DNA of 64,000 nucleotides from Candidatus Yonathbacteria bacterium (GTDB lineage Bacteria; Patescibacteriota; Minisyncoccia; Phycocordibacterales; JACNGX01), in contig JAAXWR010000001.1 in the NCBI GenBank assembly GCA_013334825.1, forward strand, positions 267,769 through 331,768, in the 5' to 3' direction. The stretch's first letter is position 1, and the number at the start of each line of letters is the position of its first letter. The position numbers were made by a program, and so were the translations under genes. Positions 1 to 10,415 of the stretch are shown piece by piece. The notes under the pieces were generated by a model, which saw only the letters and a list, made by a program, of their open reading frames with translations, had not been told where the DNA came from and searched no databases.

Positions 1-2
1 TG

Positions 3-839
3 GCATGTATTGCGTGTGATGTGAACAATCCATCATTTACTGATGTGTCGATAGATGCAAAATCTGTGTATGTATATGATATAAAAAATGATAGGGTACT
101 TTTCTCAAAAAATGCTGAATCACAATTACCGCTTGCGTCAGTGACTAAGGTTATGACTGCACTTGTTGCTGAGGAATATTTACCTCCGGCGTTTCCTGTG
201 CGTATTCTTACAGAAGACCTTTCCACAGAAGGAGAAAGTGGTTTTTTTGAGGGAGATGTTTTCTCGTCCTCTGATCTCATTGATATTGTCCTTACGGCAT
301 CTTCTAATGATGGAGCATATGCGCTTGCGCGTGTCGCAGGAGCACGTATAGGAGAAGGAAATATACCTGAAAAGACGTTTATACATGCGATGAATGAAAA
401 GGCACAGACATTAGGATTATCACAAACATTTTTTTTGAATGCGACAGGACTTGATGAATCTTCTTCTGTTGCGGGAGCGTATGGATCTGCACGAGATATG
501 GCTCATCTCTTTGGATATATTGCTGTACACAAACCTGTATTGTTAGATGCCACAGCGCATGATGAATTATATATAGCAGGAAGAATATTTCGAAATACAG
601 ACCTTATCGTGGGAAATATTCCAGGCTTACTTGGTTCAAAAACAGGTTTTACAGATCTTGCAGGAGGAAACTTAGTTGTTGTGTTTGAACCTGAACCCAT
701 GCGTCCTGTTGTCGTTGTTGTTCTTGGATCGACTCGCGAACATCGTTTCAGTGATGTGAAAAACTTGGTTTCTGCTGCTATTCGAACGTTTTTACCACCT
801 GACATACGTTCTGATGCCACTGTATCCACGGTCGAGTGA
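3..839 (+). CDS. D-alanyl-D-alanine carboxypeptidase (peptidase S11), probably 5'-truncated by the window
   Basis: SxxK (ASVTK), SxN (SSND) and KTG (GSKTG) motifs; the frame is open to the window edge. Confidence 0.9.
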   Translation, partial: ACIACDVNNPSFTDVSIDAKSVYVYDIKNDRVLFSKNAESQLPLASVTKVMTALVAEEYLPPAFPVRILTEDLSTEGESGFFEGDVFSSSDLIDIVLTASSNDGAYALARVAGARIGEGNIPEKTFIHAMNEKAQTLGLSQTFFLNATGLDESSSVAGAYGSARDMAHLFGYIAVHKPVLLDATAHDELYIAGRIFRNTDLIVGNIPGLLGSKTGFTDLAGGNLVVVFEPEPMRPVVVVVLGSTREHRFSDVKNLVSAAIRTFLPPDIRSDATVSTVE

Positions 840-929
840 TATCGTTTCTTGTGACCTTTTGATATACTAGAATACAATTAATAACGTTGTCGGGCATTGT
901 ATGTTATCCATTTCTTTCCTAAAATTTTT

Positions 930-1991
930 ATGATTATCGATATTGATCTCATCAAAATTCTTATCCCTGCGATACTGACATTTTTGTTTGGTATTCTCAT
1001 GACACCATCTATCGCCGGGTATTTGTATGCACATAAGATGTGGAAAAAGAAAAATGTCCAAGTCGCGACTGACGGACGTCCCGCACCTATTACGCAAAAG
1101 CTTCACAACGATGAAGGTGTACATGTTCCCAGAATGGGAGGTGTTGTTGTGTGGGGGAGTGTACTCCTCTCCGTGGCAAGTATTTGGATTATTGCCCATG
1201 TGTTTCCTGGTCCAGTGACAAATAAACTTGAATTTGTTACCCGTACACAAACATGGTTACCGTTTTTTGCTTTTTTTGTTGGAGCTATTGTTGGACTTGT
1301 TGATGATCTATATGCTGTCGCCGATAAGTATGATCAAAAAGCGGGTGGATTATCAGCAAAAAAGAGACTTCTTATTGTGGGAATAATGGGGTTTGTTGCT
1401 GCGTGGTGGTTTTTCTTTAAGCTTGATATGACAGAATTGTTTATTCCGTTTTTTGGTATGTGGTATGTGGGATGGTGGATATTTCCTTTAGTGATTGCAG
1501 TGATGCTCGGTACATATGCAGGGGGGGTGATTGATGGTATTGATGGACTTTCCGGAGGTGTGTTTGCGGCAATATTTTCTGCATATGGGGTTATTGCTTT
1601 TGCACAAAATCAAATTGATCTTGCGGCGTTTTGTTTTGTTATTGTGGGGGGAGTGCTTGCGTTTCTGTGGTTTAATGTGCCTCCTGCACGATTTTATTTA
1701 TCTGATACTGGGGCGACCGCGCTCACAAGCGCTCTTGGGGTAGTTGCTTTTCTTTCGAATCAAGTCGCAGTCTTACCGATTATCGCATTTCCTCTTGTGG
1801 CGACAGCAGGTTCGAGCGCACTGCAGTTACTATCGAAAAAATTTCGAAATGGAAAAAAGATATTTTTGGTTGCACCACTTCATCATCATTTTCAAGCTAT
1901 TGGTTGGCCAGCATGCAAGGTGACTATGCGGTATTGGATTTTATCCGTGATGTTTGCTGTGGCAGGCATTATTATCGCGCTTGCGGGATAG
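930..1991 (+). CDS. mraY: Phospho-N-acetylmuramoyl-pentapeptide transferase
   Basis: Polytopic membrane protein with PRMGG, GLVDD, DGIDGL and APLHHHF motifs; upstream of ftsW-murG. Confidence 0.9.
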   Translation: MIIDIDLIKILIPAILTFLFGILMTPSIAGYLYAHKMWKKKNVQVATDGRPAPITQKLHNDEGVHVPRMGGVVVWGSVLLSVASIWIIAHVFPGPVTNKLEFVTRTQTWLPFFAFFVGAIVGLVDDLYAVADKYDQKAGGLSAKKRLLIVGIMGFVAAWWFFFKLDMTELFIPFFGMWYVGWWIFPLVIAVMLGTYAGGVIDGIDGLSGGVFAAIFSAYGVIAFAQNQIDLAAFCFVIVGGVLAFLWFNVPPARFYLSDTGATALTSALGVVAFLSNQVAVLPIIAFPLVATAGSSALQLLSKKFRNGKKIFLVAPLHHHFQAIGWPACKVTMRYWILSVMFAVAGIIIALAG

Positions 1992-1995
1992 TTGT

Positions 1996-3093
1996 ATGCA
2001 CGAAAAACGCGTCGATCGGTTTTTTCTCGGTATTGTTCTCTTGCTGGTGCTTGGTGGATTTTTTATTTTTGTTTCCGCGTCTCTTGGTCTTCATGCCCGT
2101 GAAGAAGTACGATTTTCTTCGGTTATCATCAATCAGTTCGGAGGCCTTGTGCTTGGACTTTTTGCGATGTTTCTCATCTCGCGTATTCCTGTTGAATGGT
2201 TTCGGCGATATGCACTCCATTTCTTTTTGTTTGGAGTTTTTGCATCATTTCTCGTATTTGTTCCCGGTCTTGGGATGGCACATGGAGGTGCAAAACGATG
2301 GATTTTTCTCGGTCCAGTGACTTTTCAACCATCAGAACTTCTTAAAATAGGAACGATTATTTATATGTCTGCGTGGTTTGCGGCAGTGAAATCGAAGGCG
2401 GGAACCTTTGCGAAAGGGCTGATGCCATTTCTTGTAACTGTGGGTATTGCGGGCGTAGTGCTTTTGTTACAGCCAGATACGGATACGTTTATTGTTACTG
2501 CGGCGAGCGCTCTTGCTGTATATGTTGCCGCAGGTGCAAAATGGCGTCATGTTGCCATAGTTGCTTTGCTTGGCGTACTTGTGCTTGGGGGTGTTGTGTT
2601 GATGCGGCCCTATGTTCTTGATCGCGTTAAAACATTTTTTAATCCATCTGCAGATACACTTGATTCTGGATGGCAAGCCGAACAATCACTCACTGCTATT
2701 GGTTCGGGAGGGGTCATTGGTAAGGGATTTGGACAAAGTAGTCAAAAGTTTGGTTTCCTTCCGGAACCAATTGGTGACTCCATTTATGCTGTTGCTGCTG
2801 AAGAATTTGGTTTTACTGGTGGATTGGCAATTATTGTTGGGTTTCTTCTCTTTTTGTCACGTGGGTCTTATATTGCACGAAGAGCAAAAGACCCATTTAG
2901 TGGACTCCTTGTCCTCGGTATTGTTATAATGACAGTACTCCAATCATTTATGAATATTGCGGCGATGCTCGCAGTATTTCCGCTTATGGGTATTCCGCTT
3001 TTGTTTATCAGTCATGGAGGTTCTGCCTTGCTTATTATTTTAGCGGAAATGGGTATCGTTTTATCAGTTTCTCGTCATCTCGCAAAAGTGTGA
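1996..3093 (+). CDS. ftsW: SEDS family peptidoglycan glycosyltransferase FtsW
   Basis: GAKRWI, FQPSE, QPD, LPEPIGD and SHGGS motifs; mraY-ftsW-murG order. Confidence 0.9.
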   Translation: MHEKRVDRFFLGIVLLLVLGGFFIFVSASLGLHAREEVRFSSVIINQFGGLVLGLFAMFLISRIPVEWFRRYALHFFLFGVFASFLVFVPGLGMAHGGAKRWIFLGPVTFQPSELLKIGTIIYMSAWFAAVKSKAGTFAKGLMPFLVTVGIAGVVLLLQPDTDTFIVTAASALAVYVAAGAKWRHVAIVALLGVLVLGGVVLMRPYVLDRVKTFFNPSADTLDSGWQAEQSLTAIGSGGVIGKGFGQSSQKFGFLPEPIGDSIYAVAAEEFGFTGGLAIIVGFLLFLSRGSYIARRAKDPFSGLLVLGIVIMTVLQSFMNIAAMLAVFPLMGIPLLFISHGGSALLIILAEMGIVLSVSRHLAKV

Positions 3094-3118
3094 TGATTGA
3101 ATTACCTAGCACACTATT

Positions 3119-4429
3119 ATGAAAATACTTTTTACAGGGTCGGGGACTGGCGGACATTTTTATCCACTTATTGCTGTTGCCGAAGAAATAAATCGTATCG
3201 CGGAAGAGGAGCATCTCGTTTCTCCCAAGCTTTATTTTATGGGTCCTACTCCCTATGATAACGCAGCGCTTGCTGAAAATGGTATTACCTTTACGAAAGT
3301 ATCAGCAGGAAAAGTGCGTCGCTACGCATCTCTTCTCAATATAACTGACATGATTAAGACTGCGCAAGGTGTTCTCAAAGCAATATGGGCAGTGTTTCTT
3401 CTTTTTCCGGACGTTGTATTTTCAAAAGGTGGATATACCAGTGTACCCGTTGTGTTTGCCTCACGTTTTTTTGGTATTCCTGTTGTCGTCCATGAATCGG
3501 ATTCAAAACCGGGACGTGCAAATGCATGGGCTGCGAAATTTGCAAAACGTATTGCTATTTCCTATCCTTCGGCAGCAACATATTTTCCTGCTGAGAAAAC
3601 AGCACTTACAGGTAATCCTGTACGAAAAGCAATTCGTGAACCACAACGAACCGGTGCTCGTGAGTACCTAAAACTTGAAGAAAAAACGCCTGTTATTTTT
3701 GTGATGGGTGGTTCGCAGGGCGCGAAACGAATAAACGAAACCGTTCTCGATAGTCTTACGGAATTAGTAAAGGATTATGAAATCATCCATCAAACAGGGG
3801 TGGCGCATATTGATGATATTGAAAAGACGTCTCATGTGATACTCAAAGATAATCCACATGCGCATCGATATCATCCATTTGCGTATTTAAATGATTTGGC
3901 AATGAAAATGTCCGCCGGTGCTGCCGATATTATTGTTTCGCGGGCGGGTTCGACAATATTTGAAATTGCGCAATGGGGACTTCCGTCTATCATTTTGCCA
4001 TTATCCCAAGACGTGAGTCATGATCAGTTTCATAATGCCATTACGTATGCAAAAAGTGGTGCGTGTCTGGTTATTGAAGATCATAACTTAAGTCCCCATG
4101 TGCTCATTGCTGATATTAGACGCATTTTGGAAAATGAAACTGAGCGAAACGCAATGAAAGAGGCTGCGTTATCGTTTACCAAAAATGACGCGGCAACAGT
4201 TATAGCAAAAGAATTGTTGGCAATTGCTTTGAAACACGAGGGAGGTTCAGAAGAAGGAACGATGCAAAAAGAGACAGAAGAGTCGACAGCGCAGCCGTTA
4301 ACAGCAGGGGAATCGGGAGAAGCAGTACAGACAAATGTTTCTCATGAAGATTCTCCGATACTAGGTCAACATAGTGGCATGTCTAAAAAAGATGAGACAG
4401 AACGGCCATTTAGTATTGGTCCTCACTAG
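3119..4429 (+). CDS. murG: MurG GlcNAc transferase with acidic low-complexity C-terminal tail
   Basis: GTGGH, KGGY, GNPVR, GGSQG and SRAG motifs. Confidence 0.93.
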   Translation: MKILFTGSGTGGHFYPLIAVAEEINRIAEEEHLVSPKLYFMGPTPYDNAALAENGITFTKVSAGKVRRYASLLNITDMIKTAQGVLKAIWAVFLLFPDVVFSKGGYTSVPVVFASRFFGIPVVVHESDSKPGRANAWAAKFAKRIAISYPSAATYFPAEKTALTGNPVRKAIREPQRTGAREYLKLEEKTPVIFVMGGSQGAKRINETVLDSLTELVKDYEIIHQTGVAHIDDIEKTSHVILKDNPHAHRYHPFAYLNDLAMKMSAGAADIIVSRAGSTIFEIAQWGLPSIILPLSQDVSHDQFHNAITYAKSGACLVIEDHNLSPHVLIADIRRILENETERNAMKEAALSFTKNDAATVIAKELLAIALKHEGGSEEGTMQKETEESTAQPLTAGESGEAVQTNVSHEDSPILGQHSGMSKKDETERPFSIGPH

Positions 4430-4521
4430 GATTACAATAATCAAAGTTTCCAAATATTGTAACAAAACATTTAAAATATTGATTTGATAAGAGTAAACAA
4501 AAAACCACGCTACTCCGTGGT

Positions 4522-4827
4522 TTAAGAAATAAACTGAATTGCGATGACGCGATTTTCAGCAGTGGGTATATCACCCATCACACGTATGCGTTTTGTTCTG
4601 ATATTGTGCATTTCAGCAAGTACCTGAGCAAAGTGTACAAAATCGCTTTCATTCCTAAGAAAAGGAATGCAATTAATTTCAGCTTTCTCAGGCCGAGATG
4701 CCTCCTTTTTTCTCCATGGATAATTTTGTTCTCCATCACTCCAACAGAGGTGGGACGGTTCGCTAAACCTGAAATGAAGAAAAAGAGTAATTCCAGGTCT
4801 CACAGAGAATTTTTTTACACGGCTCAT
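4522..4827 (-). CDS. Hypothetical ORFan in stand-alone cassette
   Basis: ATG-start ORF with TTGCGC-17-TATATA upstream and hairpin plus T-tract at about 4497-4523. Confidence 0.5.
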   Translation of the reverse strand: MSRVKKFSVRPGITLFLHFRFSEPSHLCWSDGEQNYPWRKKEASRPEKAEINCIPFLRNESDFVHFAQVLAEMHNIRTKRIRVMGDIPTAENRVIAIQFIS

Positions 4828-4952
4828 GATAGTATAGTATTTTTAGGATGAAGAAATACAACTTTTTAATATATACCATGTATATGAGACTTGCGCAAGT
4901 GCTCTCATAATATAGAGAAAATCAAGAATATGCTATAATAATAGTATTATCT

Positions 4953-6269
4953 ATGTCTGAACAGAATCACAAAGTTATCACTCGTTTTGCGCCGTCTCCG
5001 ACGGGGGTGCTTCATGTGGGTGGGGTACGTACTGCGCTTTTTTCTTGGCTCTATGCGCGAAAACATAACGGAGAGTTTGTTCTCCGTATTGAAGATACTG
5101 ATACAGAAAGAAGTACTGCTCTCTTTGAGCAAGATATTATAGACGGGCTTGCGTGGCTTGGGCTGACATATGATCACTTTTATCGTCAGTCGGAGCGCGC
5201 ACCAGAACATCGCGCGCATTTGGAACGTATGCTTGCTGAAGGGTCGGTGTATGAAGCGGAAGACAATAAAGATGGTACGGGAAAAGTTATTCGTTTCAAA
5301 AACACCAATGAGACAATTACCTTTGCAGATGTAGTGCGCGGTGATATTACTTTTGATACAACAGAATTGGGAGACTTTGTTATTGCGCGTGATATCGATC
5401 ATCCGTTGTATCATTTTGCGGTTGTCGCGGATGACTATGATATGGGTATCACGCATGTTATTCGTGGAGAAGACGGTATTTCAAATACACCACGACAGAT
5501 TCTCATCGGACGTGCCATGGGTGCCCCACGTCCCGTGTATGCACACATTCCACTTATCCTTGCGCCTGATAAAAGCAAGCTTTCAAAACGGCATGGTGCC
5601 GTATCGGCGACTGCATATCGTGATGCTGGATATCTTCCTGAAGCACTGATCAATTTCCTCGCACTTTTGGGATGGAATCCGGGAGATGAACGAGAAATAT
5701 TTACACGCGATGAACTCATACGTGATTTTTCTCTTGATCGTATTCAGAAAAGTGGAGCAGTATTTTCTACCGAAAAATTGAATTGGGTAAATAAAGAGCA
5801 TAGTAAACGATTACCACCAGAGATTGCGGCGGAGGAAGTCGTGCGTCATTTTCCTGATAGAGATAGTACGATTGTAAAGGCAATTACACCACTTGTTCTT
5901 GAGCGTATTTCTGTGTGGAGTGATATTGATACACTGTGTGAAGCGGGGGAGTTCACGTATTTTTTCACAGAACCCCAGATCGAAGCAGAAAAACTTTCGT
6001 GGAAAGATGCTTCACGAGAAGACACCATGCGACATATTGACAAACTGATTGAAATGTTGCAAGAAGCAGATTACACACATCCCGATACTATCAAAGCATC
6101 TGTGTGGGACTATGCTGAAGCGGAGGGAAGGGGAGCTGTCCTTTGGCCATTTCGTTATGCATTGTCGGGAAAAGAAAAATCAGTTGACCCATTTACTATC
6201 GCGCACATTATTGGCCGTGATCAAACGCTTGCACGTCTTCATGTTGCTCGTAGCGCGTGTGATATATAA
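4953..6269 (+). CDS. gltX: Glutamate--tRNA ligase
   Basis: RFAPSPTG, HVGG (HIGH-like), LRIEDTD, THVIRGED and KLSKR motifs. Confidence 0.96.
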   Translation: MSEQNHKVITRFAPSPTGVLHVGGVRTALFSWLYARKHNGEFVLRIEDTDTERSTALFEQDIIDGLAWLGLTYDHFYRQSERAPEHRAHLERMLAEGSVYEAEDNKDGTGKVIRFKNTNETITFADVVRGDITFDTTELGDFVIARDIDHPLYHFAVVADDYDMGITHVIRGEDGISNTPRQILIGRAMGAPRPVYAHIPLILAPDKSKLSKRHGAVSATAYRDAGYLPEALINFLALLGWNPGDEREIFTRDELIRDFSLDRIQKSGAVFSTEKLNWVNKEHSKRLPPEIAAEEVVRHFPDRDSTIVKAITPLVLERISVWSDIDTLCEAGEFTYFFTEPQIEAEKLSWKDASREDTMRHIDKLIEMLQEADYTHPDTIKASVWDYAEAEGRGAVLWPFRYALSGKEKSVDPFTIAHIIGRDQTLARLHVARSACDI

Positions 6270-6284
6270 TGTAAGTATATTTCT

Positions 6285-7622
6285 ATGTTGAAGTTCTTTT
6301 TTGATTATCATCCACATACTTCGTTCCGCGCTCTCATTGCGCTTTTTCTCGTGCTTGTACTCATTGCGCCGTTTGCCCGTCCTACAGACGCATATGCTGG
6401 ACTTATTGATGATTTGGCACAAAAGATTGCAGGAAAGACAGAAGATATCGAAAAATTAAATCAAGAAATTGAAGCCTACGAAGAACAACTTTCTACGATA
6501 GGAAAAGAAAAAGCAACACTTAATTCAGCTGTTCAGACAATTGATATTACACGCAAAAAACTTGCGACCGACATTTCTCTCACAGAGAAAAAAATTGATG
6601 GTACGTCGCTTAATGTTGAGCGTCTTTCACTTTCTATTGCTGATACGGAACAAGATGTATCTGAAAAGACTGCGGCGATTAAACAATTTATACGTAAGAT
6701 AGATCATATTGAGAATATTTCTACTGCTGAGTTGATGCTTTCCAGTGACTCCTTATCTGATTTTTGGAAAGATATTGAAACAGTGAGACGATTTGAAACA
6801 CATATGAGTGCAGCAGTTGATGAACTTTTGGTACATAAAGCGGCTCTCGAAGGAGATAAAACAGCAAAAGAAAAAGAACAGCAACAGCTTGAAGCGTATC
6901 AAAATCGTCTTGCTGATCAAAAAACTATTGTTGATCAAAATCGTGCAGAAAAAAACGCCCTTCTTCAGCAGACAAAAAAAGAAGAATCCACGTATCAAAC
7001 AAAGCTTGCTGAAAAACAACGCCTCAAGGAAGAGTTTGAAAAAGAGATTCTTGCGTATGAATCACAAATTAAGATTGCGGTTGATCCCAACACGTTTCCT
7101 GCCGTTGGTTCTGGTGTTCTTGCATGGCCCGTTGATGTGATACGTATCACACAATATTTTGGAAGTACAGCATTTGCTCGTTCTGGCGCGTACAATGGAA
7201 AAGACCATAACGGTATTGACCTTGGTATGTCCGTAGGCACGCCACTCAAAGCATCTCTTTCTGGTACGGTTTGGGCGACAGGAAATACTGATGCGTATCC
7301 CGGATGTTATTCGTATGGGAAATGGGTTCTTCTTAAACACCATAACGGTTTAACGACGCTCTACGCGCACATGTCACTTATCAAGGTTGCAGCGGGACAA
7401 GCAGTATCGACAGGTGATATCATAGGATATAGCGGTAATACAGGATATTCAACAGGACCGCATCTTCATTATAGTGTGTTTGCGACACAGGGTGTTCAAA
7501 TTGTAAAAATGGGTGATATAAAAAAGGTTACCGGCTGTGGGCAGGCGACAGTCCCTGTTGCGTCGCTGACTGCCTATATGAACCCACTTGATTATTTAGT
7601 GAATGGGAATGATTATCGATAA
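6285..7622 (+). CDS. Secreted coiled-coil M23 peptidoglycan endopeptidase
   Basis: Signal peptide, long coiled coil, HNGID, YAHM and STGPHLH M23 motifs. Confidence 0.9.
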   Translation: MLKFFFDYHPHTSFRALIALFLVLVLIAPFARPTDAYAGLIDDLAQKIAGKTEDIEKLNQEIEAYEEQLSTIGKEKATLNSAVQTIDITRKKLATDISLTEKKIDGTSLNVERLSLSIADTEQDVSEKTAAIKQFIRKIDHIENISTAELMLSSDSLSDFWKDIETVRRFETHMSAAVDELLVHKAALEGDKTAKEKEQQQLEAYQNRLADQKTIVDQNRAEKNALLQQTKKEESTYQTKLAEKQRLKEEFEKEILAYESQIKIAVDPNTFPAVGSGVLAWPVDVIRITQYFGSTAFARSGAYNGKDHNGIDLGMSVGTPLKASLSGTVWATGNTDAYPGCYSYGKWVLLKHHNGLTTLYAHMSLIKVAAGQAVSTGDIIGYSGNTGYSTGPHLHYSVFATQGVQIVKMGDIKKVTGCGQATVPVASLTAYMNPLDYLVNGNDYR

Positions 7623-7675
7623 TGCAGATATAGTTACGAATAGTATGTTAATTGTTATTCATTAGTAGTATCTTT

Positions 7676-7966
7676 ATGCACACACAACAAGGACTCATCA
7701 AATTTATTTTTATTGTCATTGTTATTATCGTTGTACTTGGATATTTTGGGCTCAATTTGCGTGAGATTATGGCAACGCCTGCTGTGCAGGATAATTTGTC
7801 ATATGTATGGCAGGCAATTGTCGATGCATGGAATGGGTGGTTGAAGGAACCCGCCGGATGGTTTTGGGACAATGTCTGGGTACCGTATATTTGGGAGCCA
7901 TTTGTTCGGGTGATGGATACGGTGAAAGATGCTAACGCTACACCTATAGAGACACCAGAGGTTTAG
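7676..7966 (+). CDS. Small membrane protein with prepilin-like N-terminus
   Basis: MHTQQG followed by hydrophobic LIKFIFIVIVIIVVLGYFG; Trp-rich amphipathic C-terminus. Confidence 0.7.
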   Translation: MHTQQGLIKFIFIVIVIIVVLGYFGLNLREIMATPAVQDNLSYVWQAIVDAWNGWLKEPAGWFWDNVWVPYIWEPFVRVMDTVKDANATPIETPEV

Positions 7967-7992
7967 TGTAAAGAGAAAAAAAGATACATGTG

Positions 7993-8026
7993 AACAGGCG
8001 ACGTGCATATATGCACGTCGCCTGTT
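7993..8026. terminator. Perfect 34-bp palindrome, likely terminator
   Basis: AACAGGCGACGTGCAT-AT-ATGCACGTCGCCTGTT followed by T-rich sequence, downstream of the + strand operon. Confidence 0.65.
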
Positions 8027-8445
8027 ATTGTTTTGTCATACACAAAGTGTGATACGGTAGTTATGGGTATGTATTCAAAACAGAGAAGGGAGGGAGAGAG
8101 GGACAACAGATATGTATCACTATTGATGGAGATAGTTTTGTGATAGTAATAATGATGTACGTGATGATACAGGGGAATGAGAGAGTAATACCGCGCATGC
8201 ATTGTTGTAACAATAGGACGAGATGTTTCTGTGGATTGTTGTTTGTTTATATCATGTATATATGCTGAGATATGCATATATGTTCTAAAGAAGCCTTTTC
8301 TGGTATATACAATGTCGCAAAAGATATATTGTGCGACATTGTATATACATAAAAAGGACCTTGAAAGGCCCTTCCCTATGATTGATAGGTAGAAATTCGC
8401 TGAGAACTAAAAGAACACGAAAAAGGTACGATGCACATGCGGGCG

Positions 8446-8709
8446 TTAGTCCGAGGTTGATTTCTGTGTGACGGAAACAATTAGGACTGCGTTTTTGACC
8501 AAGAAGTCGTTTGTTGCTGCTTTGATACTTGGACCATTCCCCTCCATGTATCCGGAGAGTCCCGTATATGTAGCATTTTCCGATCTTGTTGTTGTCCCTG
8601 GATGTTTCTGGAGCATGATAACAAATCCATCCCTACCTTCCGAGTATGAGACAAGAGGAATTTTTTCTCTGATTTCAAACTTGGGAGGAGTTACTGTGTG
8701 TGGCATCAT
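8446..8709 (-). CDS. Hypothetical ORFan in stand-alone cassette
   Basis: ORF starting MMPHTV with TTGCTT..TATATT upstream; hairpin at about 8351-8373 downstream. Confidence 0.45.
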   Translation of the reverse strand: MMPHTVTPPKFEIREKIPLVSYSEGRDGFVIMLQKHPGTTTRSENATYTGLSGYMEGNGPSIKAATNDFLVKNAVLIVSVTQKSTSD

Positions 8710-8784
8710 GGCGGTATCTGTTTTGATTTTTTTACTAATACGTCTTTCCAAAATCCAATATACCCGAAATACAAGAAAAAGCAA

Positions 8785-9480
8785 TCAGTGTTCGAATGTC
8801 GAGAGCGGACAGGCACTATGATCGCGTTTTGTTGCGGGACAATACCGTCTACCGTATTCAATCATATAATACGTCGCGTGAAGCCAATCTTTTTTGGAGA
8901 TAATCTCCATGAGGTCTTGCTCAATCTTTTTTGGATCCCATTCGTTCGTGAGTCGCCAGAGACGTGCGAGACGTCTGACATGTGTATCGACGGCGATACC
9001 ATCAATGACACCGTATGCATTGCCGAGTACGACATTTGCGGTCTTTCGTGAGACGCCCGGCAAGGTCAACATTTCTTTCATGGTTCGAGGAACTTCCCCT
9101 AAAAATTGCTCATGGACAATACCTGCCGAGGCAAGGATGTGTTTCGTCTTATTGCGATAAAAACCTGTTGAAAAAATATCCTGTTCGAATATACGTGGAT
9201 TTGCATGTACATAAGAATCAAGCGTCGGATATTTTTTGAAAAGCGTCATGGTTACTTCATTCACTTTTTTATCAGTACATTGTGCTGAAAGAATGACAGC
9301 AACGAGAAGTTCCCAAGGGTTGTGGTAGCGGAGTGCGATTGTTGCTTCTTCTCGCGGAATGAGTGTTTTGAGATGGGAAAAAATGTCCTGCGAGCGTTTC
9401 TTGCGTTCATCTATTGTGCCGATATGACGATGCAAACGACCCTCGGGAAGTTTGGTGTGATGTGAAGTGCGGCGTGACAT
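8785..9480 (-). CDS. nth: Endonuclease III (HhH-GPD glycosylase/lyase)
   Basis: LLVAVILSAQCTDKKVN, LPGVSRKTANVV and AVDTHV motifs. Confidence 0.93.
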   Translation of the reverse strand: MSRRTSHHTKLPEGRLHRHIGTIDERKKRSQDIFSHLKTLIPREEATIALRYHNPWELLVAVILSAQCTDKKVNEVTMTLFKKYPTLDSYVHANPRIFEQDIFSTGFYRNKTKHILASAGIVHEQFLGEVPRTMKEMLTLPGVSRKTANVVLGNAYGVIDGIAVDTHVRRLARLWRLTNEWDPKKIEQDLMEIISKKDWLHATYYMIEYGRRYCPATKRDHSACPLSTFEH

Positions 9481-9534
9481 AGTGTTTGAGTATTAGAGTT
9501 TTGATATTGGATATTGTTTGAAGTTTGCTTTTTG

Positions 9535-10368
9535 TTATTTGAGATTTCCATCTTCATGTTCTCCCAAACTATACCGCCTTTCTTTCTTATGAATCAATCC
9601 TTCGGAACACAGTGCATTGAGTGTACCAATAATGCGTTTTCTTTCAAATGGAAGTACCAGGAGTGTTTGTATTGTACAAGGCGCTTTCACTAATCTCTTG
9701 AGTATCGCACCACGTATCTCCCTGTCGGATCCTTTGAACGGTTTTTGTCTCACGTGATGTTTACTTCGTCTATTTGGGTTCTCTACTCTTGTAGTGAGAT
9801 ACGTTCCATAGTCCATGAGTGCAGAATACCATTCCCGAGGATTCTCATGGTCAAGTGTTGTTTCGACAAGTGGACGAATGTGTTTGTCGCTTATCCCCTG
9901 TTTGTCAGAAAAAAAGTGATGAATATATACCCGTCTTATGTTTGTTTCAATAAACACAACAGGTATATTGTACGCGTATGCACAGATACCACCAGCAGTT
10001 GATGGACCAATACCAGGAAGTGTCATGAGTGTTGCCATATCACGTGGCATACGTCCGCTATATTCATGTACGACTATGTTTGCTGTATCATGGAGCATTT
10101 TGGCGCGTCTATTATACCCCATTCCCTGCCAAGCACGGAGCACATCGGCAAGTGGCGCATTGGCGAGTTTTTGTATGGTGGGAAATGCGCGAAGAAATTT
10201 GTGGTATGTGAGTTCCGCGCGTGCCACTTGTGTTTGTTGAAGCATGATTTCTGATACTAGTATGTGGTAGGGATTGGTTGTCTGTCGCCAAGGCAAATCA
10301 CGTTTGTGTTTGTGATAATAAGCGTATACGGTCTGTTTAAACATAGTGATTTCGCGAGGTGTCGGCAT
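9535..10368 (-). CDS. mutY: A/G-specific adenine glycosylase, short MutY-like form
   Basis: RDLPWR, VSEIMLQQTQV, WQGMGYNRRA and LPGIGP motifs. Confidence 0.88.
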   Translation of the reverse strand: MPTPREITMFKQTVYAYYHKHKRDLPWRQTTNPYHILVSEIMLQQTQVARAELTYHKFLRAFPTIQKLANAPLADVLRAWQGMGYNRRAKMLHDTANIVVHEYSGRMPRDMATLMTLPGIGPSTAGGICAYAYNIPVVFIETNIRRVYIHHFFSDKQGISDKHIRPLVETTLDHENPREWYSALMDYGTYLTTRVENPNRRSKHHVRQKPFKGSDREIRGAILKRLVKAPCTIQTLLVLPFERKRIIGTLNALCSEGLIHKKERRYSLGEHEDGNLK

Positions 10369-10415
10369 GTCTGCATTGTATAGAAAACAAAACCCCAGAA
10401 CAAGTCTGGGGAATT

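Noticed and set aside
7625-7655. dif-like site (GTATGTTAATT)
   Set aside because: Only a partial XerD-arm resemblance, with no XerC arm at the right spacing
7963-8277. 104-aa minus-strand ORF
   Set aside because: Low-complexity His/Tyr/Thr translation that crosses a palindrome; likely spurious
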